From positions 535,160 to 567,159 of the forward strand of contig NZ_CM001976.1 of the NCBI RefSeq assembly GCF_000406145.1: a stretch of DNA of 32,000 bases, in the 5' to 3' direction. Each line of letters opens with the position of its first letter. Position 1 is the stretch's first letter. Under the pieces are notes generated by a model. It was given only the letters and a program-made list of their open reading frames with translations, was not told where the DNA came from and did not search any database. Shown here one piece after another: positions 9,246 through 18,280 of this stretch. This DNA is from Dickeya dadantii NCPPB 898 (GTDB taxonomy: Bacteria; Pseudomonadota; Gammaproteobacteria; Enterobacterales; Enterobacteriaceae). The position numbers were made by a program, and so were the translations under genes.

Positions 9246-11615
9246 TTACGCCGGTTGAGGCTGCTGATGTTGGCGTGTGCTAACCGGCGCCTGACGCAGC
9301 AGCCGCAGGCCGTTGCCCACCACCAGCAGGCTGGCGCCGACATCGGCGAACACCGCCATCCACATGGTGCCCATACCCAGCAGCGTGAGCGTCAGGAACA
9401 GCGCCTTGATGCCGAGCGCCAGCACGATGTTCTGGATCAGGATGGCGCGGGTGGCTTTGGAAATGAGCACAAATTCCGGGATTTTGCGCAAGTCGTCGTT
9501 CATCAGCGCCACATCGGCGGTTTCAATCGCGCTGTCGGTGCCCATCGTTCCCATGGCGAAACCGATATCCGCGCGCGCCAGCGCCGGGGTATCGTTGATG
9601 CCGTCGCCCACCATGCCGGTCACGCCCTGCGCCGACAGCCGTTCAATCTGCGACAGCTTGTCTTCCGGCAACAGGTTGCCGCGCGCTTCATCAATCCCCA
9701 CATCACGGGCGATGGCCTGCGCCACGTGCTGATTGTCGCCGGTGAGCATCAGGGTTTTAATGCCGGCCTGATGCAGCTCGTTGATCGCTTCCTGACTGGA
9801 GGGTTTCACCGTGTCTGCCACCGCCATCAGCGCCAGAATCTGTCGCCCGTCGCCCAGAATGATCGCAGTGTTGCCCGCCTGCTCCAGTGCGCTCAGCCGC
9901 TCGGTAATGCCGTCGGCCGCGTCGCCCAGCCACAGTCTGGCCAGCCGCTGGTTGCCGAGGAAATAGCGCTGTCCCTGTAAGGTGCCGATGACGCCCTGTC
10001 CGGCGACGGCGCTGAAATCGTCGACGTCGATCAACGGCGTGCCGGCTTGTTGCGCCGCTCTCGCCACCGCCTGCGATACCGGGTGGTCGGAACGGCTGGC
10101 CAGGCTGGCGGCCAGTTGTCGGCAGCGGGCGTCGTCAACGCCGGCGACTGACTCAAAGCCGGTCTGTACCGGTTTGCCGTGGGTCAGGGTGCCGGTTTTG
10201 TCCAGCGCCAGCCAGGCGAGGGCATGGCCTTTTTCCAGAAAGACCCCGCCTTTGATCAGAATGCCGCGCCGCGCCGCCGCCGCCAGCCCGCTGACGATGG
10301 TCACCGGGGTGGAAATCACCAGCGCGCACGGACAGGCGATCACCAACAGCACCAACGCTTTGTAGGTCCAGTCCAGCCAGTCGCCATCGGCAAACAGCGG
10401 CGGCAGCACTGCCACCAGCAGCGCCCCCAGAAATACCAGTGGGGTGTAGACGCGGGCAAACTGGTCGACAAACCGCTGCGTCGGCGCTTTGGTTCCCTGC
10501 GCCTGTTCCACCGCGTGAATAATGCGCGCCAGCGTAGTGTTGGCCGCCGCCGCCGTCACCCGATATTCAAACGAGCCGCTTTCATTGATGGTGCCGGCAA
10601 ACACGCTGTCGCCGACACGTTTATCCACCGGCAGGCTTTCCCCGGTAATCGGCGCCTGATTGACGGCGGAGTGGCCGCTGGTGATTTCACCATCCAGCGC
10701 GATACGTTCGCCGGGGCGCACCCGCACGATGCTGCCCGGCGTGACGGTTTTGGCTTCTACTTCGCGCCAGTCGCCATCCGGCTGTTGTACGGTGGCGGTG
10801 TCCGGCGCCAGATTCATCAGCCCGGCGATGGCGTTGCGGGCTCTGTCCAGCGAACGCGCCTCAATGTGCTCGGCGAGGGTAAACAGCACCATCACCATTG
10901 CCGCTTCCGGCCACTGTTGCAGGAAAAGCGCGCCGGTTACCGCGATGCTCATCAGCGCGTTGATGTTCAGGTTGCCGGTACGAAGGGCAATCCAGCCTTT
11001 GCGGTAGGTGGTCAGCCCGCTGGCCGCCACGGCGAGAATCGCCAGCACCGCGGCCCACCACTCGGGCAGACCGGTCCACTCAACCGCTTCCGCGGCGGCG
11101 GCGGCCACTACCGCCAGCCCCAGCGGCCACCAGGCTTTTTTCTGCTCCGGCGGCAGAGGCGTACGGTCGTTTTCGGTGCGGACTTCGGGTTCAAAACCTA
11201 ACGAACGGATCGCGGTCAGCACCTTGTCCAGCGCGTCGTAGCGGTGGGTGACGGTCATCACCCGTTGCATCAGGTTAAACTCCAGTTCGCTCACTTCCGG
11301 CAGGGCGTCGAGTTTTTTGCGCAGCATCACCTCTTCGGTCGGGCAGTCCATCTGCATGATGCGGATCGGCGTGCGCTGCTGGTCGCCGGTGCGTTCCGCA
11401 CTCGTCAGCTCTGAGGTCGGCTGGGGCGGCGCCGAATGGTCGCAGCAATGACTGGCGCACGATTGCTCGCTGTGCTGAGCGTGAGCGGAGCTGGGTGCCG
11501 CCTGGACCACCCCGACATGTGCCTGCTGGTGCGGCCGGAACAGGGCCTTGCCCGGTTTTTCCAGCGCAACGGGCTGGAACTGACGGCGAGAAGTGGGTGA
11601 ATGTTTCTCTGACAT
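9246..11615 (-). CDS. zntA: Zn/Cd/Pb-translocating P1B-type ATPase
   Basis: It has the CPC motif (ACPCALVISTP), DKTGTLT, TGDN and GDGINDTPAL. The N-terminal His/Cys-rich stretch is (CASHCCDHS) and the HMA-like domain carries MDCPTEE. The start is taken at MSEKH (ATG 11615) rather than the upstream TTG/ATG extension to 11684. Confidence 0.9.
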   Translation of the reverse strand: MSEKHSPTSRRQFQPVALEKPGKALFRPHQQAHVGVVQAAPSSAHAQHSEQSCASHCCDHSAPPQPTSELTSAERTGDQQRTPIRIMQMDCPTEEVMLRKKLDALPEVSELEFNLMQRVMTVTHRYDALDKVLTAIRSLGFEPEVRTENDRTPLPPEQKKAWWPLGLAVVAAAAAEAVEWTGLPEWWAAVLAILAVAASGLTTYRKGWIALRTGNLNINALMSIAVTGALFLQQWPEAAMVMVLFTLAEHIEARSLDRARNAIAGLMNLAPDTATVQQPDGDWREVEAKTVTPGSIVRVRPGERIALDGEITSGHSAVNQAPITGESLPVDKRVGDSVFAGTINESGSFEYRVTAAAANTTLARIIHAVEQAQGTKAPTQRFVDQFARVYTPLVFLGALLVAVLPPLFADGDWLDWTYKALVLLVIACPCALVISTPVTIVSGLAAAARRGILIKGGVFLEKGHALAWLALDKTGTLTHGKPVQTGFESVAGVDDARCRQLAASLASRSDHPVSQAVARAAQQAGTPLIDVDDFSAVAGQGVIGTLQGQRYFLGNQRLARLWLGDAADGITERLSALEQAGNTAIILGDGRQILALMAVADTVKPSSQEAINELHQAGIKTLMLTGDNQHVAQAIARDVGIDEARGNLLPEDKLSQIERLSAQGVTGMVGDGINDTPALARADIGFAMGTMGTDSAIETADVALMNDDLRKIPEFVLISKATRAILIQNIVLALGIKALFLTLTLLGMGTMWMAVFADVGASLLVVGNGLRLLRQAPVSTRQHQQPQPA

Positions 11616-11650
11616 GGTTGATTCCTGTTCGGGATTTTGCTGTAGTAAAA

Positions 11651-11671
11651 ACCCTGTAGCAACTACAGGGT
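11651..11671. promoter_or_regulatory. MerR-type operator inside the zntA promoter spacer
   Basis: The dyad ACCCTGTAG-caa-CTACAGGGT lies between the divergent genes. On the minus strand the -35 TTGACC (11674-11669) is followed by a long ~19-21 nt spacer carrying the dyad, typical of MerR-activated promoters. Confidence 0.7.
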
Positions 11672-11684
11672 CAAGGGGAATCAC

Positions 11685-12116
11685 ATGAAAATCGGCGATC
11701 TGGCGAAAGCGACCAACACCACACCGGAAACCATTCGTTTTTATGAGAAGAAAGGGCTATTGCCCGAACCGGAACGCACCGAAGGGAACTACCGTCACTA
11801 TTATCAGTTTCATGTTGATCGGCTGCGGTTTATCCGTAACTGCCGTTCGCTGGACATGAACCATGATGAAATCCGCGCTCTGATTACGCTGAGCGAGCAG
11901 CCGGCCGCCAGCTGCGAGGGGGTGAACGTGTTGCTGAATGAACATCTGGGGCACGTGGAAGCGCGCATCGCCGAGCTGCAGCAACTGAAAGCGCAACTGA
12001 TGCACATCAGCCAGCGCTGTCAGGTGACGCAGACGGTGGACGGTTGCGGCATCCTGCACGGTTTGTCTGCGCTGGAACCCGAAGAAAGCGGCACCGGTCA
12101 TACGCATTTGGGGTGA
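11685..12116 (+). CDS. MerR-family metal-responsive regulator (ZntR/CadR/PbrR-like)
   Basis: It has the HTH MKIGDLAKATNTTPETIRFYEKKGLL and C-terminal Cys residues (CEG..., CQV..., GCG). It is divergent from the P-type ATPase. Confidence 0.85.
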   Translation: MKIGDLAKATNTTPETIRFYEKKGLLPEPERTEGNYRHYYQFHVDRLRFIRNCRSLDMNHDEIRALITLSEQPAASCEGVNVLLNEHLGHVEARIAELQQLKAQLMHISQRCQVTQTVDGCGILHGLSALEPEESGTGHTHLG

Positions 12117-12132
12117 GCGCGTACTCGCCTGA

Positions 12133-13155
12133 TTATGCCGATTCCCGCTCGATAAGCTGAAAGCCGATGTCGACAATGGCGTCGCTGTGCGTATCGCCGG
12201 CGATGCTGTCTGCCAGTAAAGTGGCCGCCCGGCGCCCCATCTCCTGCCTGTCGATACCGACCGTGGTGAGGGCGGGCCGGTTGCTGGCGGCAAAATCCAG
12301 ATCGCCGAACCCCATCACCGCCAGATCCTGCGGAACACGCAGGCCACGACTTTCCGCTTCCATGATCGCGCCCTGCGCCAGTGTGTCCGAACTGCAGACG
12401 ACAACATCGGGTTGGTTCTGCTCAAGCAACTGACTTAGCCCGTGACGGCCAAATGCCAGCGTGGCCGGCAGAGGCGCGTCGATGCAGGCCGGCAGGGGAA
12501 CGCCGTGGCCGGACAGCGCGTTGCACAAACCGGTTTTGCGCCTCGCGGCGCGCGGGTCCGCCGTCCAGATCAGGCCCGGGCGCTGATATCCTTTACGGCG
12601 GATATACTCTGCGATCGTCATCCCGACCTTTTCATGCGAGAACCCCACCAGCATATCCAGCGGCGTTGGCGTGAGATCCCAGATTTCCACCACGGGAACC
12701 GCGGCGTTGAGAATGATTTTTTTAAGCGCGGGCGAGTGATGGATGCCGGTGAGCACCACGCCGTCTGGGCGGCGCGACAGCAGCGTCGCCACCAGTTCCT
12801 CCTCGGCCTGCTGCGTGTATCCCGCCACACAAAGCAGCATGTGATACCCGCGTCGCGCCAGTTCATCGCTGAGGGCCTGAATGGTATCGACAAACATGTT
12901 GTTATTGATTTGCGGCACCACAACGGCAATCAGCTTGCTGCGTCGGGAGGCCAGCCCGCCCGCCAGCGCGTTCGGAATATACCCGGTGGCGCGCACCGCT
13001 TCCTGCACCTTTTCAATGGTTTTGGCGCGCACCAGCGCGGGGGTGTTAAGCGCGCGGCTGACCGTCATGGAAGAGAGGCCCGCCGCCCGGGCGACGTCAT
13101 CCAGCGTTGGCGCGCGTACTGCGGCGGCATGTCGCGTTGTTTTTTTGGTACTCAC
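12133..13155 (-). CDS. LacI-family transcriptional regulator
   Basis: The N-terminal HTH is PTLDDVARAAGLSSMTVSRALN. A periplasmic-binding-protein-like sugar-binding core follows. Confidence 0.85.
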   Translation of the reverse strand: MSTKKTTRHAAAVRAPTLDDVARAAGLSSMTVSRALNTPALVRAKTIEKVQEAVRATGYIPNALAGGLASRRSKLIAVVVPQINNNMFVDTIQALSDELARRGYHMLLCVAGYTQQAEEELVATLLSRRPDGVVLTGIHHSPALKKIILNAAVPVVEIWDLTPTPLDMLVGFSHEKVGMTIAEYIRRKGYQRPGLIWTADPRAARRKTGLCNALSGHGVPLPACIDAPLPATLAFGRHGLSQLLEQNQPDVVVCSSDTLAQGAIMEAESRGLRVPQDLAVMGFGDLDFAASNRPALTTVGIDRQEMGRRAATLLADSIAGDTHSDAIVDIGFQLIERESA

Positions 13156-13397
13156 AGTGAGACTGGCCCTTGTGTCATCTGGTGGCGTCCGTTTCGTGGA
13201 TTATTGGTGAAGCCGGGTCTTTTTGCCAGCGCGGCGCTGCGGCCCGCGCATAGTGAACCCCGTGCCTGATATTACGCGGGAAGGGATCATGTTGGCGCTA
13301 TCATTTCATTGTGCAATTCGCCAGAAACATCCGGATTGTGATCATTTGTACAAAATAGATTCAACGCAGTGGTGCTTCATCTGCATCTTGGTTATTT

Positions 13398-13413
13398 ATG
13401 TTAGCGCAAACAT
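13398..13413. promoter_or_regulatory. candidate LacI-family operator
   Basis: ATGTTAGC|GCAAACAT is a 16-bp palindrome with one mismatch. It lies 22 nt upstream of the dehydratase ATG and resembles GntR/IdnR-type LacI-family sites (ATGTTAnCGnTAACAT, from memory). Confidence 0.45.
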
Positions 13414-13435
13414 TTTATCAGATGAGGGCCATGCC

Positions 13436-14635
13436 ATGTCGTTAAGTGCAAATTCAGATGCCGTTTCCTATGCCAGCGTTACCGGCGTCAAAACTGCGGC
13501 GGAAACCGGTGACCGTATTGAGTGGGTTAAATTGTCGCTGGCGTTTCTGCCGCTGGCAACGCCGGTGAGCGACGCCAAGGTGCTGACCGGGCGCCAGAAA
13601 CCGCTGACCGAAGTGGCGATTATTATTGCGGAGATTCGCTCCCGTGACGGGTTTGAAGGGGTAGGGTTCAGCTATTCCAAGCGTGCCGGCGGCCAGGGGA
13701 TTTATGCACATGCGAAAGAGATCGCCGATAATCTGCTGGGGGAAGACCCGAACGATATCGATAAAATCTACAGCAAGCTGCTGTGGGCCGGTGCCTCGGT
13801 GGGGCGCAGCGGCATGGCCGTGCAGGCCATCTCTCCTATCGACATCGCGCTCTGGGATATGAAAGCCAGGCGCGCAGGATTGCCGCTGGCGAAATTACTG
13901 GGCGCGCACCGGGATTCGGTTCAATGCTACAACACCTCCGGCGGCTTTCTGCATACCCCGCTGGATCAGGTGCTGAAGAACGTCGCTCTCTCGCGGGAAA
14001 GCGGCATTGGCGGCATCAAACTGAAAGTTGGGCAGCCCAACACCGCGGAGGATATTCGCCGCTTGACCGCGGTCCGCGAGGCGCTGGGCGAAGATTTCCC
14101 GTTAATGGTGGACGCCAACCAGCAGTGGGATCGGGAAACCGCGATCCGCATGGGGCGCAAAATGGAGGCCTTCAATCTGATCTGGATCGAAGAGCCGCTG
14201 GATGCCTACGACGTGGAAGGTCATGCGCAATTAGCCGCCGCCCTCGACACGCCGATTGCCACCGGTGAAATGCTCACCAGTTTCCGGGAGCATGAACAGT
14301 TGATTCTGGGCAACGCCAGTGATTTTGTTCAGCCGGATGCGCCGCGCGTGGGTGGGATTTCCCCGTTCCTGAAAATTATGGATTTGGCCGCCAAACACGG
14401 CCGCAAACTGGCCCCGCATTTTGCCATGGAGGTGCATTTGCATCTGGCCGCCGCCTACCCGCTGGAGCCGTGGCTGGAGCATTTTGAATGGCTCAACCCG
14501 CTGTTTAACGAGCAGCTCGAACTGCGCGACGGGCGCATGTGGGTGTCGGATCGTCATGGCCTGGGTTTTACCCTGAGCGAGCAGGCCCGTAAGTGGACGC
14601 AACTGAGCTGTGAGTTTGGCAAATACGCCGGGTAG
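13436..14635 (+). CDS. enolase-superfamily (mandelate racemase subgroup) acid-sugar dehydratase, L-talarate/galactarate dehydratase-like
   Basis: The 399-aa protein starts at ATG 13436 (RBS GAGGG). It has the KxK motif GIKLKVG and metal-ligand regions MVDANQQWD and IEEP. The upstream part of the 13223 ORF looks non-coding. Confidence 0.75.
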   Translation: MSLSANSDAVSYASVTGVKTAAETGDRIEWVKLSLAFLPLATPVSDAKVLTGRQKPLTEVAIIIAEIRSRDGFEGVGFSYSKRAGGQGIYAHAKEIADNLLGEDPNDIDKIYSKLLWAGASVGRSGMAVQAISPIDIALWDMKARRAGLPLAKLLGAHRDSVQCYNTSGGFLHTPLDQVLKNVALSRESGIGGIKLKVGQPNTAEDIRRLTAVREALGEDFPLMVDANQQWDRETAIRMGRKMEAFNLIWIEEPLDAYDVEGHAQLAAALDTPIATGEMLTSFREHEQLILGNASDFVQPDAPRVGGISPFLKIMDLAAKHGRKLAPHFAMEVHLHLAAAYPLEPWLEHFEWLNPLFNEQLELRDGRMWVSDRHGLGFTLSEQARKWTQLSCEFGKYAG

Positions 14636-14653
14636 CGTCTGACGCTGTTGTCA

Positions 14654-14699
14654 TGACGTTTGCCGCAGTCAGTGACGTTTGTGTTATCCGTGACGTTTG
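14654..14699 (+). repeat. three direct copies of TGACGTTTG at 19- and 18-bp spacing
   Basis: Copies lie at 14654-14662, 14673-14681 and 14691-14699. They sit just after the dehydratase stop and just before the switch to AT-rich DNA. Confidence 0.6.
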
Positions 14700-14759
14700 A
14701 TATGCCGCCGCCGCCGGTCATGGCACATAGCAACCGGGGCGGCAGACTTGCCTGAATGG

Positions 14760-15036
14760 CGAAATTTTATTCTTTATCCACTACGTTGAAATAATTTCTA
14801 TATATAAATATTTAAAATTAAATAATAATAAAATAAATATTAACGAACAAATTACTGACGTGAAAATTTATATTTTATAAGTTAATGATTATGGTTGTGG
14901 ACACGAGCAGTTTGTGCGCTTTGCTAAAAAAAATTTTAAGATTTCTCCGATTGTTATTTTAAATTTTGTTTATGTGATATATTATCCGGCACGGAGAAGC
15001 GTCAATAATAAAAACTTAATGGATTATGATTAAAAA
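14760..15036 (+). promoter_or_regulatory. extremely AT-rich leader/promoter region of the EPS operon
   Basis: Long A/T tracts are present (ATATATAAATATTTAAAATTAAATAATAATAAAATAAATATTAA). A possible extended -10 TGaTATATT lies at 14975-14983. No coding potential was seen. Confidence 0.4.
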
Positions 15037-16443
15037 GTGTCTACTAATCAGATAAAGATTTCCTATGGGAATGATTTTTTTGTTATTAAATTGATGGACT
15101 TTTTATCAATCAATTTAACATTAATAGTCAGCGCCAGGCTATTTCTGATGGGCGCTTTCGATGATGTCATTATGATTAGCCTGCTATTCTCAACCTCTTT
15201 TCTACTTATTGGAGAATATACCGGCTTATATCACCACAGTCTTAAAAATATGCAACCTGGTGGGAAGAGAAGACTGTGGGGTTCCGCATTATTGTCGGTC
15301 ATCTTTGTGGAGGTGGTCAGGAATTATGCCGGTACGCTGTACTCGCTGGGTCTATTGCATCAACTCGATAATATCTATTTTTCCGCAACGCTGTACTGGT
15401 ATATTCTTTCGCTATGCAGCCTCTATATCACGCGTTTAATTACGTTTAAGTTTACGACTAAAAAGCGGATGCGAATTGCTATTGTGGGATTAACGCCCGG
15501 TGGGTTAGCGGCGGAAAAAGCATTGCTTAAAGAGCATGCCAACATGCAGTTAGAATTGGCTTTCTACGACGATCGTAGTCCATCCCGTTGTGGCTATCTG
15601 TTTAAGAGCCAATTTAAAGGTAAGGTGAGCGAGCTGATCGAGGAAGCCAAAGCGGGCAGAGTGGATGAGATTTATATTGCGCTGCCGATGGTTGCGCTAA
15701 AACGCATTCGTTATTTTCTGTCGATGATGTCCGATACGACGGTGGATACTTACATCATTCCCGATCTTTATTCCTACAGTTCATACGTATCGCAGTTCCG
15801 TTCCATCAATAACATTCAGACCATCAGTATTTTCAGATCGCCGTTTGATGGGATTGGTTCGGTGATTAAGCGCGTGGAAGATTTAGTGATTGGCGGTGTG
15901 ATTACGCTGATGATTTCGCCGTTGCTGCTGGTGATTGCTATTGGTATCAAACTGACGTCACGGGGGCCGGTGTTATTCAAGCAGGATCGCTACGGCCTGA
16001 GCGGCAACAAAATCAAAGTGTGGAAATTCCGCTCGATGCACGTGATGGAAAACGCCGGCGTCGTGACGCAGGCGACTAAAAACGATCCGCGCGTTACGCG
16101 TTTTGGCGCATTTTTACGCCGCACTTCGCTGGATGAACTGCCGCAATTTTTCAATGTATTGCAAGGGACGATGTCGATTATTGGCCCGCGTCCCCATGCC
16201 GTCGTGCATAACGAGCAGTATCGCCAGCTAGTCGAAAACTACATGATTCGCCATAAAGTGAAGCCCGGAATTTCAGGCCTGGCGCAGGTTAATGGTTATC
16301 GCGGCGAAGTGGATACCCTCGATAAAATGGAAAAGCGGGTTCACTACGATATTGCCTATATTCAGGGCTGGTCGCTGTGGTTGGATATCAAGATTATCTT
16401 TAGGACCATTTTCAAAGGCTTCATCGGTGAAAATGCGTACTAA
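15037..16443 (+). CDS. polyprenyl-phosphate hexose-1-phosphate transferase (WcaJ/VpsL-type initiating PGT)
   Basis: The C-terminal bacterial sugar transferase domain reads SRGPVLFKQDRYGLSGNKIKVWKFRSM...DELPQFFNVLQGTMSIIGPRP...KPGISGLAQVNG, with N-terminal TM segments. The start is uncertain, either GTG 15037 or ATG 15094. Confidence 0.9.
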   Translation: MSTNQIKISYGNDFFVIKLMDFLSINLTLIVSARLFLMGAFDDVIMISLLFSTSFLLIGEYTGLYHHSLKNMQPGGKRRLWGSALLSVIFVEVVRNYAGTLYSLGLLHQLDNIYFSATLYWYILSLCSLYITRLITFKFTTKKRMRIAIVGLTPGGLAAEKALLKEHANMQLELAFYDDRSPSRCGYLFKSQFKGKVSELIEEAKAGRVDEIYIALPMVALKRIRYFLSMMSDTTVDTYIIPDLYSYSSYVSQFRSINNIQTISIFRSPFDGIGSVIKRVEDLVIGGVITLMISPLLLVIAIGIKLTSRGPVLFKQDRYGLSGNKIKVWKFRSMHVMENAGVVTQATKNDPRVTRFGAFLRRTSLDELPQFFNVLQGTMSIIGPRPHAVVHNEQYRQLVENYMIRHKVKPGISGLAQVNGYRGEVDTLDKMEKRVHYDIAYIQGWSLWLDIKIIFRTIFKGFIGENAY

Positions 16444-17719
16444 ATTAATCATCGCAGCTGGAATGATAATACCCCATCCCTCCTGGGCCGACCTGATGCC
16501 GAAATCGCATATCGGCATCGCCGGTATTGATTTTCAAAGCCAGGTTGGTCTGGACTATGGGCATGAGAATAACGTGACCTATCAGGCTGATGATAAGGAC
16601 GCGGTGAGTTCTGATTTTCAGAGCGTCAGGCCAATGATTAAGGCTATTGGCGCGCGTTACCAGGACCAATATCTGTTGATGTATTCCGGTGATTATCGTC
16701 GTTACGACAGCGATTCGGCGGATAATTACACCGACCATTTCTTTCGCTTTAATGGCGCATGGCGCTACGGGCTGAGGCATGGGTTAACGCTCAGTCTTGA
16801 GGAGACGCTTGGGCACGAAGTGCGCGGGCGCGGTATTACCGAAGGCTTTCGACCACAACAGTTCAGCGATTTCGGTATTCATTCGCCGCTGAGTACCGCG
16901 CTTTTCAACAGTGAATTACGTTATAGCTATGGCGCGCTGAAAGGGCGCGGTAAAGCCGACGTCGCGCTGCTGTTTAGAAAACTGCGGTTAGGCCGCACGG
17001 AGGATATTAAAAATACCGATATTGATTTTTATAACTATGTTCTTGGGCAGGAATGGCACGAGAACGGTTTGATCACCGAATTATCTGACCAATACTCGCC
17101 GGCAACGCGCTTTCGCTACCGGTTTATTGGTAATCAGCGACGTTATGAAATCGATTCGCAAAAAGATAATGATGAATATTATCTGGAATACGGCATTAAA
17201 TCGCAGCTTACGGGAAAAACCGGTATTGATGCCAATGTGTCCTGGCTATACAAGACATTCGATAATAACCCGAACTCCAGGAATTTTAGCGGGGTAAACT
17301 GGGATATTCAGGCTGAGTGGAAACCGCTTACACAATCCGTTTTTACCGTGCACACGTCGCAGAATATCAAAGACCCGTCAGAAATCGGCGGCTATATCCT
17401 GGTTTCTAAATACGGTATTTCTTATCAGCATTTTTGGCTCGTCGATCGTTTCTCCACCACGTTTGACTATTCATACCTGACGGACGTTTACAAGAATTAC
17501 CCGCGAGATCGTAAAGACAGAAACAGGGCGTTCACCTTTGCCATGAGTTATAACTTCAGGCCTTCTATTAACGTTGAATTAAAGTATCAACTGAACACGC
17601 TACGTTCCAATCAAGATAGCGATTCTTTCTTTATTGGCCCTAACGTCGATCGCCAGGTCGTCAGAATGCTGGGCCGTGATAACTCTCTGATTATGTTTAC
17701 GGCTAAGGTACAGATCTAA
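16433..17719 (+). CDS. predicted outer-membrane beta-barrel protein (VpsM/EpsX-like partner of a short OPX)
   Basis: ATG 16433 gives the signal peptide MRTKLIIAAGMIIPHPSWA/DL. Alternating amphipathic strands rich in Y/F/R/D/N run throughout (e.g. RAFTFAMSYNFRPSINVELKYQL). It overlaps the PGT stop by 11 nt. The family call is from pattern and context, not a recognised motif. Confidence 0.6.
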   Translation: MRTKLIIAAGMIIPHPSWADLMPKSHIGIAGIDFQSQVGLDYGHENNVTYQADDKDAVSSDFQSVRPMIKAIGARYQDQYLLMYSGDYRRYDSDSADNYTDHFFRFNGAWRYGLRHGLTLSLEETLGHEVRGRGITEGFRPQQFSDFGIHSPLSTALFNSELRYSYGALKGRGKADVALLFRKLRLGRTEDIKNTDIDFYNYVLGQEWHENGLITELSDQYSPATRFRYRFIGNQRRYEIDSQKDNDEYYLEYGIKSQLTGKTGIDANVSWLYKTFDNNPNSRNFSGVNWDIQAEWKPLTQSVFTVHTSQNIKDPSEIGGYILVSKYGISYQHFWLVDRFSTTFDYSYLTDVYKNYPRDRKDRNRAFTFAMSYNFRPSINVELKYQLNTLRSNQDSDSFFIGPNVDRQVVRMLGRDNSLIMFTAKVQI

Positions 17720-17720
17720 C

Positions 17721-18278
17721 GTGAAAATAATAAAACTGTGCATTTTTCTGTGCCTCAGCGTCTGGCTGGCGGGATGCACCCTGTCGAGCCCGCGGCAAAT
17801 GGACAAACCTGAAAGCGAAACCACCGGTTATCAGTTAGATGAAGGCGATGCCGTAAATATTCTGGTATACGGCGAGCCGGAGATGACGATGAAGTTCATG
17901 CTGGATAAAAGCGGCGCGATTACCTTCCCCTATATTGGTCAACTGGTGCTGAAAGGAAAAACGCCAGGGCAGGTGGGCGAGGAGTTGGCTAATCGCCTGC
18001 GCGGCGACTATCTGCAAAATCCGATGGTGACGGTCAGCATCGCCGAGTTCCGGAAATTCTATATTACTGGTGAAGTCGAGAAACCGAACGGGTATGCCTA
18101 CGAGCCGGGCTTAACCGTTGAAAAAGCGCTGGCGCTGGCCGGCGGATTTACCGATCGCGCAGACCGCAAGGATGTGGGTATTCGTCTGTCGAATAGCAAT
18201 CAACTGATTGAAAATGTTGATGTAAGACGCGTCGTTCATCCTGGCGACACCGTGATTGTCGGTATGAGCTTTTTCTGA
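17721..18278 (+). CDS. short OPX (outer-membrane polysaccharide export) lipoprotein
   Basis: A GTG start gives the lipobox LAGC (MKIIKLCIFLCLSVWLAGC). A Poly_export/PES region (YQLDEGDAVNILVYGEPEM...GAITFPYIGQLVLKGKT) and one SLBB-like domain follow. At 185 aa it has no Wza-like C-terminal transmembrane helix. Confidence 0.85.
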   Translation: MKIIKLCIFLCLSVWLAGCTLSSPRQMDKPESETTGYQLDEGDAVNILVYGEPEMTMKFMLDKSGAITFPYIGQLVLKGKTPGQVGEELANRLRGDYLQNPMVTVSIAEFRKFYITGEVEKPNGYAYEPGLTVEKALALAGGFTDRADRKDVGIRLSNSNQLIENVDVRRVVHPGDTVIVGMSFF

Positions 18279-18280
18279 CC

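Noticed and set aside
13337-13352. TGTGAtcatttGTACA was considered as a CRP site in the LacI/dehydratase intergenic region.
   Set aside because: Only one half-site matches the TGTGA-n6-TCACA consensus. This is too weak to call without a matrix score.
13223-13435. An upstream extension of the dehydratase ORF would give a 470-aa version.
   Set aside because: The extra 71 residues are Cys/His-rich nonsense and span the AT-richer promoter and operator region. The ATG at 13436 has an RBS and gives the family-typical length of about 399 aa.
14636-14652. The palindrome AGCGTC-t-GACGCT after the dehydratase stop was considered as a terminator.
   Set aside because: The loop is too small for the full stem and no T-run follows.
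14738-14750. GGCGGCAGACTTG was considered as a possible ops/JUMPstart (RfaH) element ahead of the EPS operon.
   Set aside because: It has two mismatches to GGCGGTAGnnTG, including the conserved T. It also lies upstream of the AT-rich region where the promoter is more likely, so it would probably not be in the transcript.
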